The translations under genes and the position numbers were made by a program. Below, piece after piece: positions 17,210 to 25,992 of a stretch of 41,273 nt of DNA (position 1 is its first letter; each line of letters begins with the position of its first letter). The stretch is from Escherichia phage vB_EcoS_fTaEco01: the sequence record MT711527.1. One strand, given 5' to 3'. The notes under the pieces were generated by a model. It was not told where the DNA came from. It worked only from the letters and a program-made list of their open reading frames with translations, and ran no database searches.

Positions 17210-19713
17210 TCCTGCACTACACGCGAAACGCTGATGGCGCTTTCGACCGTACAAAACACGTCGGGATGCCGATGGAGTTTGTCGTTAACCGTATCCCGGA
17301 CGGCGTGCCAGTGCGCGTCTACCTCGGCGAAATTGGTGATGATACCGACGTAACTGACGACTTCGACGCACTCAAAGACGAATACGCCGTGTACCACATT
17401 ATAGAGGGTGCTGGTAGCGGGGCGCTTGGTGCTGTTAGTAAGGTGTTCGGTTTTATCCTTAAGCCAATCGCTAAGTTGTTTGGTCTGAACATGTCCGCAA
17501 ACGCCAACTATACGGCGACTAACAACCAGACAACATCTCCAAATAATAGCCTCACAGACCGCTCAAACAAACCACGCCCTTACGAGCGCTCCTATGACAT
17601 CTGCGGGACTGTGCAGACAATCCCTAATGACCTGATGCAGACGTATAAGGCGTTCAACTCCACTGGTGCTTTGCTGGAGTATTCGTACTATGACGCAGGG
17701 CGCGGACATCTGCATATTGAGGCTGATGGCGTCACAGAGGGCGACACCCTGATAAGCGACATCACAGGTTCCTCTGTTGCCGTATACGCGCCGTATACGT
17801 CACCGAACAACACCACATCGCCGCAACTACAAATCGGCGACGTCATCGACCAGAAACTCTATGTGACGTACTCTAACGACGACGTTGACGGTATTGTACT
17901 GAAAGCGCCAAACGACATTGGAGCTAACCCAAGCGCCGACGGCACAGCTAAACGTATTTCAAACACCGGCTACATTTATGACCCGTCAGGGGACTCTGCT
18001 TTTTCTGAGTTTCTTAGCGTCGGGGATGTCGCGGTTCTGAGCAACTTCGACGTTGCCGATGTGACTAACCTGAATGGTTCGTTTGAGGTTTTATACGTTG
18101 ACGACTTCGAAGTGAGATTAGCCGTAAACGGCGCGTCTAACTGGGCAGCGTTGACCAGCGGGCAAACGTACGCCCTAACAGAGCGTTCAGATACGTTTAT
18201 CGGCCCGAGCGACACCTATGACGTATCCCTTACAGACTGGTATTACATGGTGCGCGGAGAAGTTGACCGGGTGCTTGCTAACGTCGCGGGGCAGAACGGC
18301 CTCTACAAATACGACGGCGGCTATAACCGCACCAGCGTAACCGTAGAACTCCAGTACCAGATGATTGACTCTCGGCGCAACCCATTGAGCGATATTTACA
18401 CAGTACAGGCTACAATTACCGGTAATAGCACGGATTACGTCGGTACGTCTATCTACGGGCAATTGCCTACTGCATCGCGTTTCCGCGCCCGTATGCGCCG
18501 TATAACGAATTTTGATAAGGACTACAACGGTACAGTAAGCGACGAGATAACCTTCATCAACCTGTACGGGCAGTCGCTGGACACAACCCCACACTACGGC
18601 AACCGAACTACCGTGCATTGCGCACGTAAACAGACGCCGCGTGCCGCCAGTATCGACAACCCAGAACTGCGCATGATTGCGACCGAGATGTGCTACAAAT
18701 ATCTGGGTAATGGGGTATTCGACCCAGTAATGACGCCTAATACACAGGCGGTGCAGTCGCTAATCAGACTGGCGCGTGACCCGGCGGTTGGTAATCTGGA
18801 GCTGACAACGGCAAACATGGACAAGTTACTCGCCGTGCAGGAAGAGATTGAATCTTATTTTGGCAGCGAATTAGCCGGGCAATTCTGCTACACGTTCGAC
18901 GACTACGACACGACGATGCAGGACATTGTTCAGACCATAGCTGAAGCCGTGTTCTGTACTGCGTACCGTAAAGGCGCGGACATTATGCTGCGTTTCGACC
19001 GTCCGGTTGCAGGGCCTGAAATGGTGTTCACCCACCGTAGTAAGACGACCGGTACGGAGAAATGGACCCGCACGTTCAACGATTCTACGACCTACGATAG
19101 CCTGTCGTTCTCGTACATCGACCCGGATACGAACGTACAGGAAACGATTTATATCCCGGAAGAACTCGGTGCAAACACTGAGGAGTACGAATCGAAGGGC
19201 GTGCGCAACTATCAGCAGGCGTACTGGCTGGCATGGCGTCGCTACCAGCGCAATGCGTTAAGTAAAGTTGTCGTAGAGTTCGAAGCTACCGAAGAGGGGG
19301 CACTCGCTACACCTGGCGGCGTAATCAGCGTGGTTAAAGGCTCACGCATCGCGCCGCAGGATGGTTATGTTGTTGCCGTTAACGGGCTTACGCTTACGCT
19401 GTCTCAGCCAGTTACGTTTACCCCCGGAGACGACCACTCCATCATCCTCAAGAAGCGCGATGGCTCTGTGCAGAGTATCTCGGTTATCAAAGGAAGCCAC
19501 GACCGCGAGGTGATTATGCTCTCCGCGCCGGAAGAAGCAATCTACACGGGGAATAGCGCACTAAAAACTGAGTTTTCATTCGGCAACGAAGCAAGGCATA
19601 ATGCTCAGAAGATAGTTGTTTCTTCAATCGACCCGGGCGACGACCGCACGGTCAAGATTACTGGCTACAACTATGACGACGGATTCTATAAATACGACGG
19701 CGTCGCGCCATAA
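17200..19713 (+). CDS. tail tip / host-specificity protein (J-like); start uncertain (TTG 17200 or ATG 17266)
   Basis: 837-aa ORF after small tail assembly genes and before the tailspike. Confidence 0.5.
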   Translation: MAIILHYTRNADGAFDRTKHVGMPMEFVVNRIPDGVPVRVYLGEIGDDTDVTDDFDALKDEYAVYHIIEGAGSGALGAVSKVFGFILKPIAKLFGLNMSANANYTATNNQTTSPNNSLTDRSNKPRPYERSYDICGTVQTIPNDLMQTYKAFNSTGALLEYSYYDAGRGHLHIEADGVTEGDTLISDITGSSVAVYAPYTSPNNTTSPQLQIGDVIDQKLYVTYSNDDVDGIVLKAPNDIGANPSADGTAKRISNTGYIYDPSGDSAFSEFLSVGDVAVLSNFDVADVTNLNGSFEVLYVDDFEVRLAVNGASNWAALTSGQTYALTERSDTFIGPSDTYDVSLTDWYYMVRGEVDRVLANVAGQNGLYKYDGGYNRTSVTVELQYQMIDSRRNPLSDIYTVQATITGNSTDYVGTSIYGQLPTASRFRARMRRITNFDKDYNGTVSDEITFINLYGQSLDTTPHYGNRTTVHCARKQTPRAASIDNPELRMIATEMCYKYLGNGVFDPVMTPNTQAVQSLIRLARDPAVGNLELTTANMDKLLAVQEEIESYFGSELAGQFCYTFDDYDTTMQDIVQTIAEAVFCTAYRKGADIMLRFDRPVAGPEMVFTHRSKTTGTEKWTRTFNDSTTYDSLSFSYIDPDTNVQETIYIPEELGANTEEYESKGVRNYQQAYWLAWRRYQRNALSKVVVEFEATEEGALATPGGVISVVKGSRIAPQDGYVVAVNGLTLTLSQPVTFTPGDDHSIILKKRDGSVQSISVIKGSHDREVIMLSAPEEAIYTGNSALKTEFSFGNEARHNAQKIVVSSIDPGDDRTVKITGYNYDDGFYKYDGVAP

Positions 19714-19767
19714 GGCAGCGGTTTCTCCGATGGATTCAGCAATGGTTTTAATTAAAGAGGACTCTAT

Positions 19768-22722
19768 ATGTCAAGCGGATGTGGTGACGTTTTAAGCCTG
19801 GCGGATTTACAGACCGCCAAGAAGCACCAGATTTTTGAAGCCGAGGTTATCACGGGTAAATCCGGCGGAGTAGCCGGGGGCGCAGATATTGATTACGCGA
19901 CAAACCAGGTTACAGGGCAGACCCAGAAGACACTACCTGCCGTGTTGCGTGACGCTGGTTTTAAACTGGCAGATTTTGATTTCACGTCAGGCGGTACACT
20001 ATCCGCTAACGACCGAAACACCGCAGTTTTGTGGCCGTCGTCCTCTGGTGGCGATGGGGATTGGTACCATTGGTTGGGCGCTCTGCCAAAAACTATCCCG
20101 GCGTCATCTTCTCCGCAGTCCACCGGTGGCGTGGCAGATGGGGCGTGGCAGCCTGTCGGGTCGGTCATACTGCGGCAGCAAATATCTGATGTAAACGGTG
20201 CAATTCTGTACCCAGATTTACATGTGGCGCGATGGAAGGACGAATACGACCCGCGCGCATGGGGCGCCGTGGGCGACGGCGTAACTGATGATACTCAATC
20301 TATTTTTAATGTATTAGCAGCTTCCCACAACAATTGGATTATAGACGGCAGGGGCTTGACTTATAAAGTTTCCCAATTACCTGACATTAGTAAATTTAAG
20401 AATGCTGCATTCGTTTACGAGCGCGTAGCTGGGCAACCGCTTACTTATGTAGCTGATGGCTTCTTTAACAGCTCACTAACTAAGGTGACGGATACCCCGT
20501 TCTACAACGCATGGACGCAGGATAAAACTTTCGTCTACGACAATGTTATTTACGCTCCCTTTATGGCCGGCGAACGACATGGCGTTCAAAACTTACATGT
20601 AGCTTGGGTTCGCTCTGGTGACGACGGGCAGACTTGGTCAATGCCTGAGTGGTTGACCCCAATCCATGCTGACTATAATGCTAGGGTTTCCGCGGACAGA
20701 GTTAACTACCACTGCATGAGCATGGGTACGTGCGGCAACCGATTATATGCAGTTATAGAAACCCGCTACTTATCTAATATGCGGATGAAGAAGGCAGAAC
20801 TTTGGTCACGCCCAATGCCGTATTTTAGACACCCAACCGGCGGAATAACTATTAGTTCTGGTTCCACTACTGCTACCATTGTTATAGAAAATCACGGCCT
20901 AAAAGCAGGAGATGCGGTTAACTTCTCTAATACATCGGCAACTGGCGTATCGGGTAATATGACGGTTGCGTCTATAATTAACCGAAATACGTTCACTGTT
21001 ACGCTCTCAAGCCCGGCGAGTTCCACCATAAACAATGCGGGTGTTACCTGGAACTTCGCAACGCGATTCTGGGACAGCCCGTGGGAAATTACCGAATTGC
21101 CTGGGGTAGCATACTCCACTAACGCTGATTTGTGTGTCACGGAGACACATAGTTTTGCGGTTATAGACGATGTTAACTACACTATCGCTGTCGGCTATCA
21201 CAACGGCGATGTGTCCCCTAGGCGTCTCGGTGTCTTGTATTTTAGTAACGTGTATGACAATCCTGGCGTATTCGTTCGTCGCACTGTCGCTCAGGCATAC
21301 GCTGATAACGCTTCTGAGCCGTGCGTGAAAAGTTATGGTGGTGTGTTATACCTTACCACACGCGGCACATTACCTACTTCCCCTGGCTCTACACTGGCGA
21401 TGAGCACCGATTCTGGGCAAAACTGGAGCTACTTGCGATTTCCGAACAATGTACATCACTCCAATCTTCCGTTCGCTAAAGTAGGTGACTATCTCTACAT
21501 CTTTGGTACAGAACGTGCCTTTGGTGAGTGGGAAGGTGGTGAGCAGGACAGCCGCTATGAAGGTTCGTATCCGAGGACCTTTATGTGCAAAGTTAATGTG
21601 TCGTCCTGGCCTTCATCTTTAGATGATGTTCAGTGGTTTAATATTACCGACCAAATATACCAGGGTCATATCGTTAACTCTGCTGTCGGCGTCGGCTCGG
21701 TCTGTGTTAAAGATGGCTGGTTGTACTATATCTTTGGTGGGGAAGACTTCTTCTCTCCCTGGAGCATAGGGGATAACAGTGCGAAGTTATGGTACAAACA
21801 TGATGGGCATCCGGCTGACTTATATAGCTACCGGATAAAGATTGAAGACCACCCGTATGTATCCCGTGATTTCAAATACGGAGCAACTCCTAACCGTACA
21901 CTACCTGTCGCCATGGGGGTAGATGGTGTACGTCATGTAGGGGCACCTTTAACATTTGATAATGATGTAAGCGTGTACTCACTGCATGTAACGGGGCTGG
22001 AATACGATGGTACACAACAGTCCGCCGTGCGTGCACAGTTTGATGGTGATTACGGGCTGATTTCAAAAACAGTCCCCACTAAAAACCCATCGGGTCAAAG
22101 ACTGATAGTTAGCGGTGGTGATGGTGCATCCAGTTCCGATGGTGCGTTGCTGCAACTGTACGGGGCAAACCATGCAACGCCTAACAGGGCTATTATGTAT
22201 GCGTCAGGAGGCTTCTACTCATACAACAATTTTCTTCCTTACTTAGACTCGCAAGTGTCTTTAGGTTCGGCAGGTAATAGGTGGACTACGGTGTACGCGA
22301 CCACCGGTACGATAAATACGTCTGATGGTACACTTAAGACGAATAAAGAGGAAATTGAGGGACAACTCCTTACCGCATGGGAAGATATACATGTAATATC
22401 TTTTAAGTGGCTTGAAAGCCTAGCAATCAAGGGTGACACTGCAAGGATACACTTCGGTGTGATAGCCCAAGATGTGCGAGACATCTTGGTCAACCATGGG
22501 CTTATGGAGAAAGATTCTACCGATTGTAAATATGCTTTCTTGTGCTACGACCCAATTGAAGCTGCGTATGATATTGATGAAGATGGCCAGACTGTACAAG
22601 TATCCCCTCCCGGCGGCAGATGGGGGGTTAGGGCGGACCAGATGTTCTTCATAGAGATTGCCTATCAGCGTAAGAAGATGCGCGAGTTCGAGAAGAGGCT
22701 GGCAGCACTAGAAGATAAATAA
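19768..22722 (+). CDS. tailspike / tail fibre with sialidase-like Asp-box (BNR) repeats and C-terminal intramolecular chaperone (peptidase S74-like) domain
   Basis: 984 aa; Asp-boxes SGDDGQTW and STDSGQNW; C-terminal region with TSDGTLK...IHFGVIAQDV... resembles self-cleaving chaperone domains of endosialidases and T5 L-shaped fibre; AAAGAGG RBS. Confidence 0.6.
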   Translation: MSSGCGDVLSLADLQTAKKHQIFEAEVITGKSGGVAGGADIDYATNQVTGQTQKTLPAVLRDAGFKLADFDFTSGGTLSANDRNTAVLWPSSSGGDGDWYHWLGALPKTIPASSSPQSTGGVADGAWQPVGSVILRQQISDVNGAILYPDLHVARWKDEYDPRAWGAVGDGVTDDTQSIFNVLAASHNNWIIDGRGLTYKVSQLPDISKFKNAAFVYERVAGQPLTYVADGFFNSSLTKVTDTPFYNAWTQDKTFVYDNVIYAPFMAGERHGVQNLHVAWVRSGDDGQTWSMPEWLTPIHADYNARVSADRVNYHCMSMGTCGNRLYAVIETRYLSNMRMKKAELWSRPMPYFRHPTGGITISSGSTTATIVIENHGLKAGDAVNFSNTSATGVSGNMTVASIINRNTFTVTLSSPASSTINNAGVTWNFATRFWDSPWEITELPGVAYSTNADLCVTETHSFAVIDDVNYTIAVGYHNGDVSPRRLGVLYFSNVYDNPGVFVRRTVAQAYADNASEPCVKSYGGVLYLTTRGTLPTSPGSTLAMSTDSGQNWSYLRFPNNVHHSNLPFAKVGDYLYIFGTERAFGEWEGGEQDSRYEGSYPRTFMCKVNVSSWPSSLDDVQWFNITDQIYQGHIVNSAVGVGSVCVKDGWLYYIFGGEDFFSPWSIGDNSAKLWYKHDGHPADLYSYRIKIEDHPYVSRDFKYGATPNRTLPVAMGVDGVRHVGAPLTFDNDVSVYSLHVTGLEYDGTQQSAVRAQFDGDYGLISKTVPTKNPSGQRLIVSGGDGASSSDGALLQLYGANHATPNRAIMYASGGFYSYNNFLPYLDSQVSLGSAGNRWTTVYATTGTINTSDGTLKTNKEEIEGQLLTAWEDIHVISFKWLESLAIKGDTARIHFGVIAQDVRDILVNHGLMEKDSTDCKYAFLCYDPIEAAYDIDEDGQTVQVSPPGGRWGVRADQMFFIEIAYQRKKMREFEKRLAALEDK

Positions 22723-22726
22723 AACT

Positions 22727-22750
22727 AAGGCCCCAAACGGGGCCTTTTCT
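22727..22750. terminator. bidirectional rho-independent terminator
   Basis: AAGGCCCC-AAAC-GGGGCCTT hairpin + T-run; separates convergent structural and replication blocks. Confidence 0.65.
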
Positions 22751-22888
22751 CTACTCTTCTGATAACTTCTCCAGTACAAACGCCAGTTGCGCATTAGCGG
22801 CGTCTCTCTGCTGCCGTAGCCGTATAACCTCCTCCTCAAGTTCCTTGATACGTTTTTGCAATGCCGGAATCGGGGCTATGATGTTCAT
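22751..22888 (-). CDS. hypothetical small coiled-coil protein (45 aa)
   Basis: ATG overlaps helicase stop (ATGA coupling); charged heptad-like sequence; below ORF-track length cutoff. Confidence 0.3.
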   Translation of the reverse strand: MNIIAPIPALQKRIKELEEEVIRLRQQRDAANAQLAFVLEKLSEE

Positions 22889-24309
22889 TTCTTACCTCGT
22901 CTCTTCATGTAATTAAGCAACTCTTCCTGGACCGATTTCTTCTCGTCAGTACGCGAGGCAACAACCTCGTCCAGCGTGTCTTTAGCAACGATGTGATAGA
23001 GGAACACTGGTCGCTCATGGCCCGCCTGCTTCTGGCGCACCGGGCCTATACGCTCGACAACCTGCAAATAGTGCTCAAGGTTCCAGCCTTGCGAAATAAA
23101 CGCCAGATGATGTCCGCCGTCCTGTAAATTCAAACCATGGCCGGCTGACGCGGGGTGAACGCACAAAATCTCGATTTCACCCCGATTCCACGCTTCCATC
23201 TGCTTATTACCTTTCGCACCTTTGGCAAACGCCTGCGCCTGTGGGAATCGCTTAAGGATGCGCTCCAGTTCGTGCTTGAACTGATAAGCCACAAGTAACG
23301 GTGCGCCCTGTAGCTCCTCAACAATCGACTCAAGCGCGTCCAGTTTCGTATCGTGTACTTTCTCCCAGTCTTTGGTTGCCTCACCGTCTGGCCCCGACAC
23401 ATATACGGCACCGGAGGCAATCTGCAAACACTTTGACGTCTTCGCCGCCGCGTTAGCCGCTTCAACTTCTCCGCTCTCCAGTTCCGCGAATAACTTCTCC
23501 TCCATATCTAGGTACGCCTGACGTGCCTTCTTCGGCAGGTCGATTTCAACCGGCACTATAATAGGTGCTTCACACCCAAACCACTCAGCGGCGTCAATAG
23601 TGAGACTAATGTCCTTCATCTTCTGGTGGATCTCATTATCTGCACCAGGACGCGCATGATACTCCCGCGCCATCGCCGACTTACCTTTCTGTACCGAGTT
23701 AAACCATCGGTCGGTGAATGCCGTATATGAGGACCCCAGGCGCTCGCCGGCGTCGATAAACCAGTTCTGACCCCACAGGTCCTTGAGGCCGTTTGGTGAG
23801 GGCGTGCCGGTAAGGTTTATAAAACGCTTAACCTTTCCAAACGCCACCTTACTGAGCGCCTTTGCCCGCTTGCTACCACCTGAACGGCTGCGGAATGATT
23901 TCAGCTTCGTGCTTTCGTCGGCGACGATAACGGTAAAAGGCCAGTCGTCTTTGCCGTAGTAGTCAATCAGCCATTCGATAACTTCGTAGTTTGTACACAC
24001 CACGTTAGCGTCTGATTCCAGCGCCGCGATGCGGCGCTTCTCTGAACCTGTCGCGTCTACGACACGCAGACATGGGAAATTCCATTTCTCTTGCTCTGCC
24101 GGCCATGTGCCGGACGCAACACGTAAAGGAGCCAGAATTAACACGCGGTCGTCGTCCGTAAGTTGCCCGTTGCGGAACAGGCGGTTTAAAGTCCACAGGA
24201 CGCTGCCAGTCTTCCCGGCGCCCATGCTCGCCCAAATATTACAGCGATGGTGCTGCAACATGAACGAGGTCATGAGCTTCTGGTATTCGCGCCTTTGAAA
24301 CTTACTCAT
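22885..24309 (-). CDS. superfamily-2 DNA helicase (SNF2/DEAD-like)
   Basis: Walker A SMGAGKTG, motif II VADEST, C-terminal helicase-domain-like region. Confidence 0.7.
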   Translation of the reverse strand: MSKFQRREYQKLMTSFMLQHHRCNIWASMGAGKTGSVLWTLNRLFRNGQLTDDDRVLILAPLRVASGTWPAEQEKWNFPCLRVVDATGSEKRRIAALESDANVVCTNYEVIEWLIDYYGKDDWPFTVIVADESTKLKSFRSRSGGSKRAKALSKVAFGKVKRFINLTGTPSPNGLKDLWGQNWFIDAGERLGSSYTAFTDRWFNSVQKGKSAMAREYHARPGADNEIHQKMKDISLTIDAAEWFGCEAPIIVPVEIDLPKKARQAYLDMEEKLFAELESGEVEAANAAAKTSKCLQIASGAVYVSGPDGEATKDWEKVHDTKLDALESIVEELQGAPLLVAYQFKHELERILKRFPQAQAFAKGAKGNKQMEAWNRGEIEILCVHPASAGHGLNLQDGGHHLAFISQGWNLEHYLQVVERIGPVRQKQAGHERPVFLYHIVAKDTLDEVVASRTDEKKSVQEELLNYMKRRGKK

Positions 24310-25126
24310 TTACGGCCCCCATAAACGCCTTTATAAATTCGGCGGCTACTTGCGGGACGATGGCATTGCCGTAACCGCGCAATCGTCCCACTCTTGCGGG
24401 TATCCCATTAGCCAGCGGGAATGCGCCGGGTTCAACCGGCCGGAACTTTCCATCACGGCATCCGAGCCAGTCAGCATCTGACCAGAAGCCGTGGTGCGGG
24501 TTGGTTGACTCGCTTTCAATCCCTGCTCTGTTGAGTAGTCCAGCCTGTCGAATGTTCTGTCCCTCCCGTCCGTGCGAATCACTGTCTCTCCGCTCCCTCT
24601 GAAGTCGTTCGCACACGGTGTTGGCCAGTTGCTGCGCTCCGAAGAACAATCGATTCCTTTTGTGCGGTGCGCCGACGCTACAAGCTGGGAGTACGGCAAA
24701 CCCGACGGCGTAGTCTTCTCTTTCCAGGTGAGTTTGTAAATCGCACATCCACGATTTTGCAATTGCTGCCGCAACCTGCTCCCCAAAGATAACTGGAGGG
24801 CGGCACTCGCTGATGAGGTCGAGGAACACAGGTGCGAGGTGTCTCTGGTCGAACTGTCCGAGTTGCTTTCCTGCCGTGCTAAACGGTTGGCAAGGCGGGC
24901 TTCCCGTCCAGAGAGGCGCATCTTCCGGAACTCCCGCAAGTCTGAGCGCGAGAGGCCAGCCGCCGATACCAGCGAAAAAATGACACTGGGTGAACCCGTC
25001 AAGGTCTTCTGGCTTAACTTCGGTAATGCTTCTTTCATCTACAACTCCAAAAGGTATGTGACCATGTTTTATTAATTCACGCAGCCACGCGGCTGCGCCT
25101 TTATCCCATTCGTTGTAATAGTTCAT
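24302..25126 (-). CDS. DNA (cytosine-5)-methyltransferase, short form
   Basis: Motif I FAGIGG, motif [11 protein letters not shown], motif VIII-like HKRNRLF, C-terminal GN; only 274 aa. Confidence 0.7.
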   Translation of the reverse strand: MNYYNEWDKGAAAWLRELIKHGHIPFGVVDERSITEVKPEDLDGFTQCHFFAGIGGWPLALRLAGVPEDAPLWTGSPPCQPFSTAGKQLGQFDQRHLAPVFLDLISECRPPVIFGEQVAAAIAKSWMCDLQTHLEREDYAVGFAVLPACSVGAPHKRNRLFFGAQQLANTVCERLQRERRDSDSHGREGQNIRQAGLLNRAGIESESTNPHHGFWSDADWLGCRDGKFRPVEPGAFPLANGIPARVGRLRGYGNAIVPQVAAEFIKAFMGAVNE

Positions 25127-25314
25127 TTTGCCACCAGAACTAACTCTTTACGCCCGAACGCCGTGACGTTACCCGTTACATCTTCGATAACCAGTTTACC
25201 GTTCGACTCGACGAACACCGTATCAACGGCAACAGGCTGGCGTGTCTTAACGTTGAAAATCATGTCACCCGGTACGATGTCACGTGCTGGTTTACGGTCA
25301 TATTCGTGTTTCAT
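25123..25314 (-). CDS. hypothetical protein
   Basis: 63-aa ORF with AAGGA RBS, immediately downstream of a minus-strand promoter. Confidence 0.4.
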   Translation of the reverse strand: MKHEYDRKPARDIVPGDMIFNVKTRQPVAVDTVFVESNGKLVIEDVTGNVTAFGRKELVLVAK

Positions 25315-25344
25315 TTCTCAATTCCTTATATTGTTGGTGTGTGA

Positions 25345-25629
25345 TTAACTATAATAGCTCGCTATTAGGTCGTCAACCTGTTTAAACGAACCAACGATAA
25401 AAACATTTGCACCGCGTTTACGCATCCGCTCGTGCTCACGTATCTGGTGCGGGTCTGGCTTCGTGTTTTCGTCTTTCTTAACCTCGACGAACCATATGAC
25501 GCCGCCAGGGAGAATTACCAGCAGGTCGGGAGCGCCGGAGCGCCCCTCGTAGGAGAGCTTACGAACGAGGCCGCCGATGGCCTCGAATCGCTCTTTTGCG
25601 TATTTCTGTATTTTGCCTTCCGGTGTCAT
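25345..25629 (-). CDS. VRR-NUC domain nuclease
   Basis: PD-(D/E)xK-type core GAPDLLVIL...VIWFVEVKK; ATG 25629 preferred over TTG 25644. Confidence 0.6.
   Translation of the reverse strand: MTPEGKIQKYAKERFEAIGGLVRKLSYEGRSGAPDLLVILPGGVIWFVEVKKDENTKPDPHQIREHERMRKRGANVFIVGSFKQVDDLIASYYS
25348..25376 (-). promoter_or_regulatory. internal promoter (TTGACG-17 nt-TATAGT)
   Basis: Reverse complement TTGACG-ACCTAATAGCGAGCTAT-TATAGT; lies in the 3' end of the VRR-NUC gene. Confidence 0.45.
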
Positions 25630-25778
25630 GAGCGCGGAATCCAAGTAAGGAAAGCCCCGCCTAGAACGGCAACGCCAACAAACTTAAAGAACAGGCCGTA
25701 ACAGAACATCGCGGCTATTCCCGCACCGAGTAACAGCGCGAGCATGGTTACTATCGTCCAAAATACAAACATTGTCAT
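25626..25778 (-). CDS. hypothetical small membrane protein (50 aa)
   Basis: GAGGGG RBS; two hydrophobic helices; stop overlaps VRR-NUC ATG (ATGA). Confidence 0.3.
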   Translation of the reverse strand: MTMFVFWTIVTMLALLLGAGIAAMFCYGLFFKFVGVAVLGGAFLTWIPRS

Positions 25779-25860
25779 AATACGCACCCCTCACGTTTCG
25801 TATGTTCAACACCACAGCGCGGGCAGATTCGACAGTCTTCTTCATAAAACCAGTAAATTT

Positions 25861-25992
25861 TCATTCCAGCACCCACAGATAAATTGCGATGAACATGCCC
25901 AATATGGCAACCATCATGCCGTATTGACCCTCGTGACAGTAGACACCGGCAGCAAATCCCGCCAGTACCGCGATAATCAGTTTACTTGGCAT
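25861..25992 (-). CDS. hypothetical small membrane protein (43 aa)
   Basis: Hydrophobic ORF starting 11 nt inside the 3' end of the DNA polymerase gene; weak RBS. Confidence 0.2.
   Translation of the reverse strand: MPSKLIIAVLAGFAAGVYCHEGQYGMMVAILGMFIAIYLWVLE

Noticed and set aside
19768-22722. Naming a specific host or capsule type from the tailspike
   Set aside because: Asp-boxes occur in many BNR glycosidases; specificity cannot be assigned from two motifs without alignment or structure comparison, so it is reported only as a hypothesis.
24346-25038. 230-aa minus-strand ORF overlapping the methyltransferase gene in another frame
   Set aside because: The frame used for 24302-25126 carries the canonical C5-methyltransferase motifs; the alternative frame is Ser/Arg-rich with no motifs.
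25693-25845. Alternative small ORF (MKKTVESARA...) overlapping 25626-25778 in another frame
   Set aside because: No RBS and an implausible composition compared with the overlapping RBS-supported membrane ORF.
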